Source: Candidatus Eiseniibacteriota bacterium (lineage in GTDB: Bacteria; Eisenbacteria; RBG-16-71-46; CAZAMP01). Taken from it: a stretch of DNA of 64,000 nt. The position numbers were made by a program, and so were the translations under genes. The notes beneath the pieces were generated by a model that had not been told where the DNA came from, did not search any database, and saw only the letters and a program-made list of their open reading frames with translations. Numbering within the stretch: position 1 is the first letter of the stretch; the number at the start of each line of letters is the position of its first letter. Shown one piece after another: positions 50,222-60,448 of the stretch. Where the stretch lies: NCBI GenBank assembly GCA_965224245.1, contig OZ245046.1, positions 5,760,001 through 5,824,000 of the forward strand. The letters run 5' to 3'.

Positions 50222-50809
50222 TCACTCGCGAGTGTGCGTCGGCACTGGCTCGTCGCCGGTTTCCCACAGTGCGACGTAGGGAAGGTGGCGATACTTCTGC
50301 CGGTAGTCCATGCCGTAGCCGACGACGAACTCGTCCGTCAGCTGGAACCCCACGTAGCGGATCGGGAAGTAGAACTTCCGCTCCGTGCGGCGATTGAACA
50401 TCGTAGCGATGGAGACCGAACGGGGATGGCTCAGCTCCAGGTAGTTCAGAACGTACTTCAGGGTGTATCCGGTTCCAACGATTCCCTCCACGACGATGAC
50501 GTCGCGTCCTTCGATGGGTACCTGGACATCGGCCAGAATCTTCACCGGATTGTGCACCGCCGCGCCGGGGTCGAACGGGGGGCGGTACACGGCGATGAAA
50601 TCGATCGCGTGCGGGATCGTCAGTGAGCGCACGAGATCGGACAGGAACACGAACCCGCCCCGGAGGACCGCGATCAGGACGGGACTCGAGTCCGCGTAGT
50701 CCTCGTTGATCTGCACGGCGAGCTCGGACGCTCGCCTCCGCAACGCGTCTTCGGAGTGGAGGATGCGGTCCTCGCCGACGTTGATGATCAGGTCTTCCTT
50801 AGGAGGCAT
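50222..50809 (-). CDS. hpt: Hypoxanthine phosphoribosyltransferase homolog with degenerate catalytic motifs
   Basis: VLRGGFVF.SDL, FVVGYGMDY, YRHLPYV and tilS-hpt-ftsH synteny. The PRPP loop reads VEGIVGTGYTL. Confidence 0.8.
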   Translation of the reverse strand: MPPKEDLIINVGEDRILHSEDALRRRASELAVQINEDYADSSPVLIAVLRGGFVFLSDLVRSLTIPHAIDFIAVYRPPFDPGAAVHNPVKILADVQVPIEGRDVIVVEGIVGTGYTLKYVLNYLELSHPRSVSIATMFNRRTERKFYFPIRYVGFQLTDEFVVGYGMDYRQKYRHLPYVALWETGDEPVPTHTRE

Positions 50810-52331
50810 CGTCGTTCGTTCTCGCTTCTGAAGTCCGATCGATCCCGAGGGTCTCGGCGGTCACCTCGACCACGCGCTCGGTCCGCCGTGTGACCGGGGC
50901 CCGCGCCGAGCGCCTGAGCCCGACCACCCAGAGGATACCGCGTCCGTCACTCAAGATCGGCACTCGGTGTCGCTCCGCGACCGGCACCCGCGCCTCGCCG
51001 AAGAGATCGCTCAGCTTCCGCCGGCCGGGTCCCCCGAAAGGTCGAAACCGATCACCAAAGCGCCAGCTGCGAACCTCCAGGGGGGGCTCCAGATCGTCCG
51101 CGTCGAACACGGCCTCCCTCCGGCCATCCAGGGAGACGACCGGTGGATCGGCACCGGAGCCCCCGGGCTGCCGCGCGACGTGCTCGGTCTCGGAGATCGG
51201 TCGCGTCCGGACGGTTAGACTCACCTTGGCCCACTGGAGATCCACGCGAGTCGGACCGGGCAGATCCAGGCGGCACGTCGCCGGAACGGGCCGAACGCGG
51301 TTCGGTCGGTCGGCGGTGCGACGGCGTACGGAAAGGCACTCGGAATCGGCGATGGCCACGACATCCCCGGGCAAATGGCACTCGCCGACCTGCCACAGCA
51401 GCTGATCGAGCGTCAGCACGTGCCGGCGTGCGAGATGGCGACGGCCTCCCCGAACCCGTTCGTAGGCCGTTCGCAGCGCAACTCGTCTAATGACCGCATG
51501 ATACGAACGCAGGGTCGCCTTGCCAACCCGGATCTCACACACGTCGGGGGCTCCGGGCCGGACCGGTGGCCGGGAGGGGGGCTCCTGGCCCGGACCCGCG
51601 TGCACGACGGCCCGTTCGAGGGCCTCGTTGCCGCACTCCGAGAGCCAGGCCGTGGTCTCGGCCGCGTCGTCGGCCAGCCGGCAGAGCGCGTCGGTGACCC
51701 GGGGGTTGAGGTGGATGGCCAGCGCCGGCAGGACGATGTGTCGCACGCGATTGCGGCGGTAGCGGAGCTCAGCGTTCGACGAATCCTCGACCCAGCCGAG
51801 ACCCTCGGACTCGAGCCAGGCCCGCACGTCGGCCCTGGACACCGCCAGCAGGGGACGAATCAGCCGGCCGCCACGGCTGACCGGGGCCATCGCGGCCAGT
51901 CCGGCCAGGGAGGTGCCGGCCGCCATTCGGAGGATCACCGTCTCCGCCTGGTCGTCCCGGGTGTGGGCGAGCGCGATCCGGTTGGCCCCGACGGCGCCGG
52001 CGGTCTCGGTGAGGAACTCGAGGCGGAGGACGCGCAGCCGCTCCTCCGGCGAGCCGCCGGACCGAGCCGGGGGACGCCGGCCCGCGAGGAGCGGCACGCC
52101 GAGGTCGGCTGCGAGCTGTTCGACCGCCCGCTGATCTCGCTCGGACTCGGCGCCTCGGAGCTCGTGATTGACGTGGGCCAGGCTCAGCGCGAACGCGAGC
52201 TCGCCGGCCAGGCGAGCGAGGGCGTGGGCGAGGGCAGTGGAATCGGCACCCCCGGAGACCGCGCACAGCACGTGATCGCCGGCGGCGGGAAGCCCGTGCG
52301 CTCGGCACCACCGTCGAACGCTGGTCAACAT
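50799..52331 (-). CDS. tilS: tRNA(Ile)-lysidine synthetase
   Basis: SGGADS PP-loop, AHTRDDQAET, RPLL, RNRVRH; C-terminal GDRF...KLSDLF. Alternative GTG start at 52340. Confidence 0.93.
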   Translation of the reverse strand: MLTSVRRWCRAHGLPAAGDHVLCAVSGGADSTALAHALARLAGELAFALSLAHVNHELRGAESERDQRAVEQLAADLGVPLLAGRRPPARSGGSPEERLRVLRLEFLTETAGAVGANRIALAHTRDDQAETVILRMAAGTSLAGLAAMAPVSRGGRLIRPLLAVSRADVRAWLESEGLGWVEDSSNAELRYRRNRVRHIVLPALAIHLNPRVTDALCRLADDAAETTAWLSECGNEALERAVVHAGPGQEPPSRPPVRPGAPDVCEIRVGKATLRSYHAVIRRVALRTAYERVRGGRRHLARRHVLTLDQLLWQVGECHLPGDVVAIADSECLSVRRRTADRPNRVRPVPATCRLDLPGPTRVDLQWAKVSLTVRTRPISETEHVARQPGGSGADPPVVSLDGRREAVFDADDLEPPLEVRSWRFGDRFRPFGGPGRRKLSDLFGEARVPVAERHRVPILSDGRGILWVVGLRRSARAPVTRRTERVVEVTAETLGIDRTSEARTNDDAS

Positions 52332-52443
52332 CGCGGTCACCCAGCAGGGTTGGGCACCCTGAGACCGACCCCGCCGGAGTCGCCCGGCGGCACCCATGGA
52401 ACGAGGTCCGATCGGCCCGGGGACGAGGACGGTGGACGGGAAA

Positions 52444-52520
52444 TGGTGCCGGAGCAGGGATTCGAACCCCGGACACGCGGATTATGATTCCGCTGCTCTA
52501 ACCAACTGAGCTACTCCGGC
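52444..52520 (-). tRNA. tRNA with CAT anticodon, most likely elongator tRNA-Met
   Basis: GCCGGAG...CTCCGGC-A-CCA acceptor stem; GCGGA-ATCATAA-TCCGC anticodon arm; GGTTCGAATCC T-arm; encoded CCA; paired 1:72 position, so not the initiator. Confidence 0.92.
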
Positions 52521-52585
52521 ACGCCAAGGCCCCGTGGCGTCGTCACCGCAGGCCCGCGCGAGCGGTCGGAATCACGGGGTCGCGG

Positions 52586-52615
52586 AATCTAGAAGCCGCC
52601 GGCATCGCGTGTCAA
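52586..52615 (-). promoter_or_regulatory. Sigma-70-type promoter for tRNA-tilS-hpt-ftsH-folP-cdaA
   Basis: TTGACA-N18-TAGATT on the minus strand, 65 nt upstream of the tRNA. Confidence 0.6.
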
Positions 52616-52697
52616 GCGCGGCCACGATGCGGCCGCATCCGCGGGCGCGGTCGGCGGAGACGGACTCGACCCGTCCACGGCAGGCGCGCGCCGGCCG

Positions 52698-52726
52698 TTG
52701 ACGACCAGAATCGCGTCTCCTATACT
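52698..52726 (+). promoter_or_regulatory. Sigma-70-type promoter
   Basis: TTGACG-N17-TATACT upstream of the ATG at 52784. Confidence 0.7.
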
Positions 52727-52783
52727 GCCGCGCACTCCCTTCCGTACCTTACGTGCGATCGCACAAGATGATAGGAGATCGGG

Positions 52784-53533
52784 ATGACCAACCGGCTGGC
52801 GGTGGTGGCAGGGATAGGGGGGTTGGTTCTCCTGCCGGCGGTGGCTTTCGGGTTCGATCACGCGCAATCGGCCGCGATGGGCGCCACGCTGGGGACGTTG
52901 CAGTACCTCGCCGACGAGGACTCCCGCGCCGACGCGTCGCCGCGGTTCGCCTTCGGCGCGACCTTCGAGTACTCCAGGTCCGCGAGATCGGCGATTCGTC
53001 TCGACACGAGTCTCGGCTGGGTCTCCTATCCGGATGACAAGTCTCCGGTGACCGCCGGCGTTCGGGACTCCCGTCCGGTCAAGCAGGTCTGGCCGACGGT
53101 GTTCTCGCTGATCCGCCGGTTCGACACCGAGGGCGACAACTTCTTCTACGCGGGCGCGGGAGCGGGACTCTACTGGTGGCGCTTCCGAATCAGCGGCAAG
53201 ACACAGCGCGACCCCGAGACGCTCGAGCGCGTCGAGTCCGGCCGCGTCTTCACGTTCGATCCGGGCGTGCACGCCCTTCTGGGATACGAGCGACCGGTGT
53301 CGGACAACGTGGCGATCCAGGGCGAGGCGTTCGCCCACTACGTGTTCAGCGCGAACGACACCGACCGCCCGGACAAGGACGCCGACTCGGAGTACGCGGA
53401 CTATCCCGTGTTCAACGGCAACGACGTGATCATCTCCGGCAGGATCGGCTTGAAGCTGTACTTCGATCTGGAACGGGTCGAGGAGCCCGAGGAGGAGTGG
53501 GTCGATCCTCGGAGGCGCACCGACGGCTCGTGA
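52784..53533 (+). CDS. Outer-membrane beta-barrel protein (8-stranded, OmpW/OmpA-barrel-like)
   Basis: AGGAG RBS; signal peptide; alternating strands ([30 protein letters not shown]). Confidence 0.75.
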   Translation: MTNRLAVVAGIGGLVLLPAVAFGFDHAQSAAMGATLGTLQYLADEDSRADASPRFAFGATFEYSRSARSAIRLDTSLGWVSYPDDKSPVTAGVRDSRPVKQVWPTVFSLIRRFDTEGDNFFYAGAGAGLYWWRFRISGKTQRDPETLERVESGRVFTFDPGVHALLGYERPVSDNVAIQGEAFAHYVFSANDTDRPDKDADSEYADYPVFNGNDVIISGRIGLKLYFDLERVEEPEEEWVDPRRRTDGS

Positions 53534-53611
53534 CGCGTCGCCGGTGCGACCGGCCACGCCGGCGCCGGCCCGGCGACGCAGGACGAAGATGTGGATGATG
53601 GCGGATCTCGA

Positions 53612-53637
53612 GAGCCCGGTTTCGGCCGGGCTTCTTT
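53612..53637 (+). terminator. Terminator-like hairpin directly upstream of the guaB RBS
   Basis: AGCCCGGT-TTCG-GCCGGGCT followed by TCTTT. Confidence 0.55.
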
Positions 53638-53659
53638 GCACCCGCGAAAGGAGCCTGTC

Positions 53660-55132
53660 GTGAGCGAGGAGCGTTTCGTCTCCGACGAAGGCCTGACCTT
53701 CGACGATGTCCTGTTGGTTCCTCGCCGCAGCGGTGTCCATCCCACCGAGGTGAGCACCGCCACGAACCTGACCGAGCGAATCCGCCTGAACCTACCGTTC
53801 GTGTCGGCCGCGATGGATACCGTCACCGAGGCCCAGCTCGCGATCTCGATCGCGCGCGAGGGGGGCATCGGCATCGTGCACCGCAATCTCGGCATCGCCG
53901 AGCAGGCCGAGGAGGTCGACAAGGTCAAGCGTTCGGAGAGCGGCATGATCCTCGACCCGGTCACGATCGGACCCGACGCGTCGGTCGCAACCGCCCTGGC
54001 GCTGATGTCCAAGTACCGCATCTCGGGCGTGCCGATCACCGACGACGGGCGCCTGGTCGGCATCCTCACCAACCGCGACCTCCGCTTCATCGAGAACGCC
54101 AACGTGCCGGTCTCCGAGGTCATGACCCGCGACGGGCTGATCACCGCGGAGGTCGGGACGACGCTCGAGGAGGCCAAGCAGATCCTCCACGACAACCGGA
54201 TCGAGAAGCTGCCGGTCGTGGACGCCGAGCGCCGCGTGAAGGGGCTCATCACCGTCAAGGACATCCAGAAGCGCATCAAGTACCCGAACTCGAGCAAGGA
54301 CGACAAGGGCCGCCTGCGTGCGGGCGCCGCCATCGGCGCCAACGGCGACTACCTCGAACGAGCGGCGGAGCTGGTGAAGGCGGGGGTCGATCTCCTGTGT
54401 CTCGACAGCGCGCACGGCCACTCCGAGGACATCCTCCGCGCGACGGAGACGGTCAAGTCCCGCTACGGCGACATCGACGTGATGGCCGGCAACGTGGCCA
54501 CCGAGGCCGCGACGCGCGATCTGATCGCGGCCGGCGCCGACGTGGTGAAGGTGGGCATGGGACCGGGCGCCATCTGCACGACGCGCGTGATCGCCGGTAT
54601 CGGCGTGCCGCAGGTCACCGCGGTCATGGACTGCGCCCGCGCGGCCCGCGAGAAAGGCGTCACGATCGTGGCAGACGGCGGGATCCGCTACTCCGGCGAC
54701 GTCACCAAGGCGCTGGCGGCAGGAGCCGATGCCGTCATGATCGGGAGCCTGTTCGCCGGTGTGGCCGAGAGCCCCGGTGAGACGATCCTGTACCAGGGTC
54801 GCTCGTACAAGGCCTACCGGGGCATGGGGTCGGTGGGGGCGATGGAGAGCCGCGGTGGTCGCGAGCGATACGGACAGGGCGACGTCGACGAGCGCGAGAA
54901 GCTCATCGCCGAGGGCATCGAGGGGCGGGTCCCCTACAAGGGACCCCTGCACGCGGTCATCTTTCAGCTCGTCGGCGGTCTTCGCTCCGGGATGGGATAC
55001 TGCGGCGTGGACACGCTCGAGAAGCTGCGCACCGAGACGCAGTTCCTCCGTGTGACGGCGGCGTCGGTCACCGAGAGCCACCCGCACGATCTGACGATCA
55101 CCAAGGAAGCACCGAACTACGAGATTCGCTGA
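53660..55132 (+). CDS. guaB: IMP dehydrogenase
   Basis: [19 protein letters not shown] pair, [11 protein letters not shown] (catalytic Cys), YRGMGS; AAAGGAG RBS. Confidence 0.97.
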   Translation: MSEERFVSDEGLTFDDVLLVPRRSGVHPTEVSTATNLTERIRLNLPFVSAAMDTVTEAQLAISIAREGGIGIVHRNLGIAEQAEEVDKVKRSESGMILDPVTIGPDASVATALALMSKYRISGVPITDDGRLVGILTNRDLRFIENANVPVSEVMTRDGLITAEVGTTLEEAKQILHDNRIEKLPVVDAERRVKGLITVKDIQKRIKYPNSSKDDKGRLRAGAAIGANGDYLERAAELVKAGVDLLCLDSAHGHSEDILRATETVKSRYGDIDVMAGNVATEAATRDLIAAGADVVKVGMGPGAICTTRVIAGIGVPQVTAVMDCARAAREKGVTIVADGGIRYSGDVTKALAAGADAVMIGSLFAGVAESPGETILYQGRSYKAYRGMGSVGAMESRGGRERYGQGDVDEREKLIAEGIEGRVPYKGPLHAVIFQLVGGLRSGMGYCGVDTLEKLRTETQFLRVTAASVTESHPHDLTITKEAPNYEIR

Positions 55133-55172
55133 GCCGACCCCCGTAGCCCGAGCGTCAACGGAGTCGTCCCCT

Positions 55173-56465
55173 GTGCGCGTCCTGTACCTGGCCTACGAGT
55201 TTCCACCGGCCGTCGGGGGCGGCGTCATGCGCGCGGTGAAGTTCGCGACGTACCTTCGCGACTTCGGGTGGGACCCCGTCGTGCTCACGGTCGCCCGGCG
55301 TGCGCACGCCCGAGCCGAGGCGCTTCCCGATGGGCTCGAGGTGCATCGCGTCCGATCGCTGGTGCCGCCGGAGGATCAGAGGGCCGGACGCCGTCGGGTG
55401 GATGATGGTCGCCGTGCGGGTGGTCCGACCGGTCGCCGGTGGCTGGATCGGGTGCGGGACCGGTTCCTGGTGCCCGACACGCGCGTTCTCTGGTGGCCAC
55501 TCGCGAGGCGTCGCGCGCTCGCGCTGCATCGCGACGCGCCGTTCGACGCCGTGCTCGCGACCGCTCCACCGTTCTCGGCACTGTGCCTGGGAAGGGAGCT
55601 GGCGCGGCGCTTCCGGATTCCGTTCGTGGCCGACCTGCGCGATCCCTGGGTCGATTCGTTCGCGTCACTCCGCGCGGCCGAACGCCCCGAGCGCATGCGT
55701 CGCGAGGAGGCGATGGAGCGGCTCGTGGTCAGGGACGCGGCGGCGGTCGTGGTGACCGCGCCCGCGCTGGCCGAGGCCCTGGCCGAGCGTCACCCGGAGA
55801 GCGGCTCCACGCGCTTTCACGTGATCACCAACGGGTTCGATCCCGCCGACTACGAGGGCGTCGCGCCGCGTGAGCTGGATCATCCGGCGCTCGTGTACAC
55901 CGGGAAGCTCACGACGCAGTACGCACCGGATGCGCTGGCCGCCATGCTGCGCGAGCTCCGCTCACAGGATGCCGACGGGGCGCCGGAGATCCGCCTGCAC
56001 GTGGTCGGGGACGTGGATGCGGTGGCCGCCGGTGCCTTCGAACGGGCCGGCGTCGCATCCGCGGTCACGTTTCACGGGCCGGTGCCGCCGTCCGAGGTCC
56101 GCCGGTTTCAGCTCGGGGCCGACGTCCTCGTGTCGAGCCTGGGGCCCGACGACGCGCGGATCCGGATCTCGGGCAAGGTCTTCGAGTACCTCGCGACCGG
56201 ACGTCCGATCCTGGCGCTCGTCCCGCCGGGAGGCGCGACGGCGGAGATCGTCCGGGCGACGCCCCTGGGGCGCGTGTGCGATCCCTCCGATCCCGCCCGA
56301 GCGGCGCGCGCGCTCGTCGAGCTCCTGAGCGCGCCGCAGGTGACCGCGACGCCCCCGTCGACGTACGACCGGCGAACGCTCACCGGCGCGCTCGCGAGGA
56401 TCCTCACCGACGCCCGCGCGGCGGCCGACGGAGCCCCCCCCACGAGGTCCGGGGGCGACCGTTGA
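55173..56465 (+). CDS. Glycosyltransferase family 4 (GT-B)
   Basis: YEFPP..GGGV.R, DLRDPW, ITNGFD, YTG, KVFEYLA.GRPIL. Confidence 0.88.
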   Translation: MRVLYLAYEFPPAVGGGVMRAVKFATYLRDFGWDPVVLTVARRAHARAEALPDGLEVHRVRSLVPPEDQRAGRRRVDDGRRAGGPTGRRWLDRVRDRFLVPDTRVLWWPLARRRALALHRDAPFDAVLATAPPFSALCLGRELARRFRIPFVADLRDPWVDSFASLRAAERPERMRREEAMERLVVRDAAAVVVTAPALAEALAERHPESGSTRFHVITNGFDPADYEGVAPRELDHPALVYTGKLTTQYAPDALAAMLRELRSQDADGAPEIRLHVVGDVDAVAAGAFERAGVASAVTFHGPVPPSEVRRFQLGADVLVSSLGPDDARIRISGKVFEYLATGRPILALVPPGGATAEIVRATPLGRVCDPSDPARAARALVELLSAPQVTATPPSTYDRRTLTGALARILTDARAAADGAPPTRSGGDR

Positions 56466-56977
56466 CCGTGCGCGCGCTGGCCGAGTCGCTCGGCATCTGG
56501 GAATCGATCACACGGGGCGTGAGCGCCCACGTCGGCGATCCCGCCCGGACCCGGTCGCTTCTCGACCGGGTCAGCCGGCTCTCGGTCCAGCGATCGCGAT
56601 CGACCCGGGCGTTCGGCATGTACGTGACCCGTCAGGGCTCGCCCGAGGCGATCCGCCTGCAGTTCGCGCAGGAGCCCGACGAGCTGCTCGAGACGTTTCG
56701 CCACGAGCTCGCGCACGCGTTCGACCACGTCAGCGGCGATCGGGACCGATCCGGCGGCGGTCCCCACGGTCCGACCTGGCGCGCGTGGGCCGTCGCGCTG
56801 GGCGCCCGGCCCGAGCGACGCGGGCGGAGCGCGGCGCTCGCGGCGCTCCGTCTCTCCCGCCTGAAGGTGGTCGCCGTCTGCGAGCGGTGTGGCTTCCGGC
56901 TTCGTCGCGTCCGCCGGCTGGATCGAGGGCGCACGTATCTGCACCGCGGCTGCGGCGGGCTCTTCGTGGGCATCTAA
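56462..56977 (+). CDS. SprT-like zinc metalloprotease
   Basis: HELAH...HGPTW motif and C-terminal CERC..H..C zinc site; TTGA overlap with the GT4 gene. Confidence 0.75.
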   Translation: MTVRALAESLGIWESITRGVSAHVGDPARTRSLLDRVSRLSVQRSRSTRAFGMYVTRQGSPEAIRLQFAQEPDELLETFRHELAHAFDHVSGDRDRSGGGPHGPTWRAWAVALGARPERRGRSAALAALRLSRLKVVAVCERCGFRLRRVRRLDRGRTYLHRGCGGLFVGI

Positions 56978-57028
56978 TCTGCGTCCCGGGCGTCCGGCTC
57001 GTCGGCGCCGGCGACTCCCGATCGCGAC

Positions 57029-60000
57029 CTATCGCCAGTCGCCGGCGGCGACGAAGGCGGCCCAGTGGAACGGGTGCGTCGAATCGTGGCGGTAGCGCCG
57101 GGACCGGAGGATTCGCCGGCTCGCGTCGCGGACGGCCTCGGCGGTGGAGTCCCCGTGCACGAGCCGCGCGTCGTAGAGCGCGCGCATCCACTCCCGCGTG
57201 GCCAGATCGTCGACCGACCAGAGGCTCAGGATCGACGTGCTGACGCCGGCGGCGTGCAGCGCGCGCCGCAGCCCGAAGATCCCTTCGCGCGGTCGCAGCA
57301 CCCCGCGCCCGGTGTCGCATGCCGAGAGCACCGCCCACTGAACCCCCTCGAGATCCATGGTGGCGATCTCGACGCCGGTCAGGATGCCGTCGTCGTCGAG
57401 GGGGCGCTCGGCGCGGTCGTTCGCTCCGGTCAGCGCCAGGCCCGCGAGGAGGAGGGGGTTCAGGCCGGCGCCGGAGATGGAGGCGGTTACGCCGGCCGAG
57501 GGAGTGAGCCCGGAGACGGCTCGGCGGCGCGGCTCCGCGACGCTCACGTCGCAGCTCGCGGCCAGGAAGAACCCGTGCGTCGCGATGTGCACGATGCGCG
57601 TACCCGGCGCGAGCTGTCTGAGCATCGACTCGGATGCCTCGTCTCCGGTCAGGCCCACCGCGGGCTCGCCGTCGTGCGCGGCCGATCGCCACATGGAGAC
57701 GAGATCGGTCACCTCGTGGCGCGACTGAGGGAGCGGTGTGAAGTGGACGTCGGCCAGCGAGCAGGGAGCCGATCCGGGATCGGGTCGCGACGCCGGGTCC
57801 CGGCGCGACGCCTCATGCTCCCGGGCGCTCCCGACGATGTCGTCATCCGCCGATGCCACGAGGCCAGCGTCGAAGCTCGGGCTGCCCAGCGCCAGGAATC
57901 CCCATCCCGGCGTGGCCTCGTCGAGCACGTCACGCTCGGTCGTCAGGAGGTGGATGATCGGGCCGTGCTCGATCAGGAACGTCCCGTCGTCCTCGGTCAG
58001 CGCACCGAGCGCGACCCGGTGAAGGATGCCGTCGGGCACCACCAGGATCGCGTTCGTCCGGGCGCGATCGATCCCGTTCACGCTCGGGTCGACCACGTCC
58101 GTGATCGGGTCGATCACATCCGTGATCGGGTCCCAGATTCGCCGGCGAAGCGCCGTGGCCACTCCCAGATACGCGGCATCGGCCTCGGCGTCGGGACGGC
58201 TCATCGCGTGACCCAGCGTGGTCTCGTCCCGCCAGCGATCGGCCAGGAGATCGATCTCGGCCGCCGACCCGAGTCGCAGCATGTGCACGCCCGCGGCTCC
58301 ATCGGCGGATCGGCCGGGGGGCAGGACGAACGCGACGTACTCGGGGTCCGGAAGCGAGGTCCGATGAAACGCGACCAGTGCGTGATCCGGCGGCAGCGCC
58401 CGCTCCAGATCGTCGACGCGGCAGACCGCACGCGCTCGCCGCCGGCGAAACGGCTCGCTCACCCGCGCCAGCTCGCGCTCGGCGTCGTCCTCGTCACGAA
58501 CCGCCTCCGCGATGGAGGCTCGCAGGTCGTCGGGATCGTCCTCGGGATCCAGCGACACCAGATGAGCCAGGCGTGCGCTCGTCTCGATGACCCGTGAGAG
58601 TGCGGCGGCTACCTCCGGATCGTCGGCTCCCCGCGACGCGCGCGCGCGCTCGGCCAGCTCGTCCAGGAGCACGGCGCGGGACGCGATGATCGCGTCCCAG
58701 GTTCGTCTGACGTCGTCCGGATCGTTCGGGTCGGCCAGCGCCACCGCGTGGTCCAGCGCGTTGTCGCGCGTGGCGGAGTAGCGCAGCGCGAGACGCTCGG
58801 GCATGGCCCGTGCGGTCAGCACCAGGTGCGTACGCGCGATGCGCTCGGCGGTGAGCGCCATCTCGAAGCGTTCGGAGACCGACCCCACGGCGCCGTCCAG
58901 GTAGTGCATGAGCGCGTTCGCGGTCGTCGGGTTGTCGGCCCCGTACTGCGTCTCGCAGATGTGCCGCGCTCGATCGAAGGACCGGCGAGCCCGATCGAGG
59001 TGTCCGGCCCGGGCGTCGAGGCGGCCGAGGTTCAGGAGGCTGTTCGCGATCTCGATGTTGTCGTCGGGGTAGACGTCCTGCCGGATGGAGAACGCGCGCT
59101 CGTGAAGCCGGTAGGCCTCGGCCCCGAGCGTGTCGTCGCCGGAGACGCCGGCCGAGTCGGCCAGCACCAGCCCCAGATTGTCCAGCGCGGCGGCCAGGCT
59201 GCTGCCGGGTGCACCCTCACCGCCCTCGCCGTCACCCTCCAGGATCGAGATGGCCTCCTCCAGATACGAACGGGCGCCGGCGAGATCGCCGGCCGCCAGC
59301 GCGTAGCTCCCGAGGTTCTGCAGCAGTGTACCGACGTCCTGCTGATCGGCCATGTCCATGCCGCGCATGATCGCCAGCGCCCGCTCCGCCGTGCGGCGAG
59401 CGCCGGTGAGATCTCCCGAGCGGCGCTGGAGGATCGAGCGCGAGTTCAGCACGCTCACGAGGTCCACGTGAGCGGGCCCGAGGCGGGTCTCGATCTGCGC
59501 GATCGCCTCGTCGAAGATCGCCATCGCCGGCGCGTAGTGTCCCAGCGCGACCTCCGTGCTCGCGAGCGCCGCGCGCGTTTTGCTGGACGTGGGATGCGTG
59601 GGGCCGAGGGTCTCGTCCAGGATCGAGACGGCCTCGCGCAGCGCGTCGCCGGCCTCGCGGTGGCGGCCCGCGGTCAGCGCCATGAGCCCCAGGCTTCGAT
59701 ACGTGCGGCCGATGAGCGGGTGTCGGGGCGGAAGCGACCGCACCCGGATCGCGAGGGCGCGCTCGAAGTGCTCGCGAGCGGCGTCGTAGTCACCTCGATA
59801 CCGGTCGAGGATCCCGATGTTCTGGTGGCTCGTGGCGAGCGCGAGGTCGTCCGGATGAAGCGCGGCCTCCCGGATCCGGAGCGCGCGCTCGAACGCGGCG
59901 CGCGCGTCGTCGCGCCGATCGATGATCGCGAAGACGGTACCGAGCCCGTCCAGCGACTCCGCCACGTCGACGTGATCGGCTCCCAGAGCATCCTCACGGA

Positions 60001-60448
60001 TCGCCACCGAGCGCTCACTGGCCGCGATCGCGGCCTCGAAGTCCCCGCGTCGCCGGTGGAGCGCGGCGATCACGTGCAACGTCGCGCCGACGCTCTCGTG
60101 CTCGGGACCGAAGAGCCGCCGCCGGAGCGACAGCGCCGACTCGGCCAGGGCGGTCACCTCGTCACCCACTCGGTTCGCGCTCACGTGCAGCGACAGATCG
60201 GCGTCGAGGAGATCGGCGTACCGGGTCGAATCGTGTTCCGCTCCGGTCTCGAACGCGCTTCGCCACGCCCCGATCGCACTGTCGGCCTCCGCGAAGCGTC
60301 CGAGCTCGACGAGCCCGGTAATGGCGCTCCGCCGATCGCCGGCATCCGTGGCGGAGGTGACGGAGGACGGGAGGCCGGCGACGGCCGCGCACGCGACCGC
60401 CGCCAGGCTGAGGGAGGTGACGTCAGCGGAGAATCTGCAGCTTGCCAT
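57029..60448 (-). CDS. TPR-repeat CHAT-domain caspase-like protease
   Basis: Kinesin-light-chain-type TPRs (ALRIRE..L.P.H/D); VVPDG.L, HIATHGF, VLSACDTG, SLWSVDD, HPFHWAAF. Confidence 0.92.
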   Translation of the reverse strand: MASCRFSADVTSLSLAAVACAAVAGLPSSVTSATDAGDRRSAITGLVELGRFAEADSAIGAWRSAFETGAEHDSTRYADLLDADLSLHVSANRVGDEVTALAESALSLRRRLFGPEHESVGATLHVIAALHRRRGDFEAAIAASERSVAIREDALGADHVDVAESLDGLGTVFAIIDRRDDARAAFERALRIREAALHPDDLALATSHQNIGILDRYRGDYDAAREHFERALAIRVRSLPPRHPLIGRTYRSLGLMALTAGRHREAGDALREAVSILDETLGPTHPTSSKTRAALASTEVALGHYAPAMAIFDEAIAQIETRLGPAHVDLVSVLNSRSILQRRSGDLTGARRTAERALAIMRGMDMADQQDVGTLLQNLGSYALAAGDLAGARSYLEEAISILEGDGEGGEGAPGSSLAAALDNLGLVLADSAGVSGDDTLGAEAYRLHERAFSIRQDVYPDDNIEIANSLLNLGRLDARAGHLDRARRSFDRARHICETQYGADNPTTANALMHYLDGAVGSVSERFEMALTAERIARTHLVLTARAMPERLALRYSATRDNALDHAVALADPNDPDDVRRTWDAIIASRAVLLDELAERARASRGADDPEVAAALSRVIETSARLAHLVSLDPEDDPDDLRASIAEAVRDEDDAERELARVSEPFRRRRARAVCRVDDLERALPPDHALVAFHRTSLPDPEYVAFVLPPGRSADGAAGVHMLRLGSAAEIDLLADRWRDETTLGHAMSRPDAEADAAYLGVATALRRRIWDPITDVIDPITDVVDPSVNGIDRARTNAILVVPDGILHRVALGALTEDDGTFLIEHGPIIHLLTTERDVLDEATPGWGFLALGSPSFDAGLVASADDDIVGSAREHEASRRDPASRPDPGSAPCSLADVHFTPLPQSRHEVTDLVSMWRSAAHDGEPAVGLTGDEASESMLRQLAPGTRIVHIATHGFFLAASCDVSVAEPRRRAVSGLTPSAGVTASISGAGLNPLLLAGLALTGANDRAERPLDDDGILTGVEIATMDLEGVQWAVLSACDTGRGVLRPREGIFGLRRALHAAGVSTSILSLWSVDDLATREWMRALYDARLVHGDSTAEAVRDASRRILRSRRYRHDSTHPFHWAAFVAAGDWR
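58085..58132. repeat. In-frame 21-bp tandem duplication inside the CHAT domain
   Basis: CGGGTCGACCACGTCCGTGAT / CGGGTCGATCACATCCGTGAT / CGGGTC, encoding DPITDVI-DPITDVV-DP. Confidence 0.8.

Noticed and set aside
52380-52520. tRNA as an integration site for a genomic island
   Set aside because: Flanked by housekeeping tilS; no integrase, and I saw no duplicated tRNA 3' end in the window.
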